From Gekko japonicus (Eukaryota), in NCBI RefSeq assembly GCF_001447785.1, contig NW_015168678.1, positions 1-64,000 of the forward strand: a stretch of DNA of 64,000 bases. The letters run 5' to 3'. Within the stretch, counting starts at the first letter, position 1; each line of letters starts with the position of its first letter. The notes under the pieces are model-generated. The model did no database searches and was not told the origin of the DNA. It saw nothing but the letters and a program-made list of their open reading frames with translations. The translations under genes were made by a program, and so were the position numbers. Below are positions 62,730 to 64,000 of this stretch, one piece after another.

Positions 62730-64000
62730 TATAGGCAGCACTACAAAAATCATGCCTCCATGGATTCGTAGCACTGCAAAAGTGCATAATCATGGTTCCA
62801 AAGCAAGGATCCTCATGGATCCTCAGGGTTTTTCAATTGGGTCACCCCAACATCACCATCAAATCACATATCATGTCCATGGGCACACCTTGCACCACAG
62901 AAATCATGAATCCACGGCTTCATGGCAAAGCCATGCAGCAAAAACATGGTTCTAAAGCACAGATCCTCATGGATCTTAGGGGTTTTGCATTGAGTCACCC
63001 CAAACTTACAATTAAATCCCATAACACGTCTATGGCCACATCTTGCACCACAGAATTCATAGATCCACAGCTTTGAGGCAACACCATGCTGCAAAAACTT
63101 GGATTCTCATGGATCCTCAGTGCTTTTGCGTTGGGTCACAATGAACTCACCATCTAATTACATATCATGTCCATGGGCACAGCTTGCACCACAAAAGTCA
63201 TGGATCCATGGCTTTGCGGCAACATTACTCAGCAAAAACTTATTTCTGAAGCATGGATCCTCATGGAGCTTTAGGATTTTTGCATTTGGTCCCCAAAAGC
63301 TCACCATCAAATCTCATATCATGTCCATGGGTAAAGCTTGCACCACAGAAATCATGGATCCACACCTTACTATCAAAACCATGCTGCAAAAACACAGTTC
63401 TGAAGCACAGATGCTCATGGATCCTCAGTGTTTTTGCTTTGGGTCACCATGAACTCACCATCAAATCACATGTCGTGTCCAAGGGCACAGCTTGCACCAC
63501 AGAATTCACGGATCCATGGCTTCGTTGTGACATCATGCTGCAAAGACACAGTTCTGAAGCATGGATCCTCATGTATCCTCAGAGTTTTTGCATTTGGTCA
63601 CTCCAAAGACACCATCAGATCTCAGAACTTGTCCATGGCCACAGCTTGCACCACAAAAACCATGGATCCACAGCTTTGTGGTGACACCATTTTGCAAAAA
63701 CATGGTAATGGAACACGGATCCTCATGGATGCTTGAGGTTTTTGTGTTGGGACACCTCAAACTTACCATTAAACTTCATATCATGACAATGGCCACAGCT
63801 TTTGGGTGACCCAATGCAAAATCCCCTAGAATCCATGAGGATCCGTGCTTCAGATCCATGTTTTTATAGCATGGTGTTTCCACAAAGCTGTGGATCTGTG
63901 ATTTCTGTGGTACAAGCTGTCACCATGGACATGGTATATGATTTGATGTGACCCAATGCAAAAACTGTGAGGACCATGAGGATCCGTGCTTTGGATCGAT
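62730..64000. repeat. Diverged satellite, ~154 bp monomer, orientation switch near 63800, runs off window
   Basis: CATGGTTC at 62791 and 62945; recurring GGATCCTCATGGAT, TTGCACCACAGAA, CACCATCAAATC. Confidence 0.9.

Noticed and set aside
62713-63809. Repetitive ORFs or a CRISPR-like array at the window end
   Set aside because: Eukaryotic tandem satellite with no unique spacers and frequent frame breaks

Overview
Vertebrate nuclear DNA, almost certainly a squamate reptile and probably a gecko (Sauria SINEs, BovB LINEs, Squam3-like SINE). It carries the block syntenic to human 3q29: WDR53 (-, first coding exon only), FBXO45 (+, 3 coding exons, 267 aa), NRROS/LRRC33 (+, 2 coding exons, 685 aa), CEP19 (-, 2 coding exons, 163 aa) and PIGX (+, 6 coding exons, 253 aa). 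WDR53/FBXO45 and CEP19/PIGX are head-to-head pairs on CpG-rich bidirectional promoters. I assembled exons by hand from GT/AG sites and frame continuity; most ORF-track entries are spurious. Non-coding space is dense with BovB, L1, L2 and RTE-X-like LINE fragments, tRNA- and 5S-derived SINEs, hAT and Harbinger-like MITEs with clear TSDs, and Penelope-like remnants. The window ends in a ~154 bp satellite with an internal inversion. The most notable non-genic signal is a set of minimal hammerhead-ribozyme motifs in Penelope-like termini, including a three-copy hairpin cluster in a PIGX intron. I found no clearly novel protein-coding system. Gene and repeat names come from recognition, not database searches.
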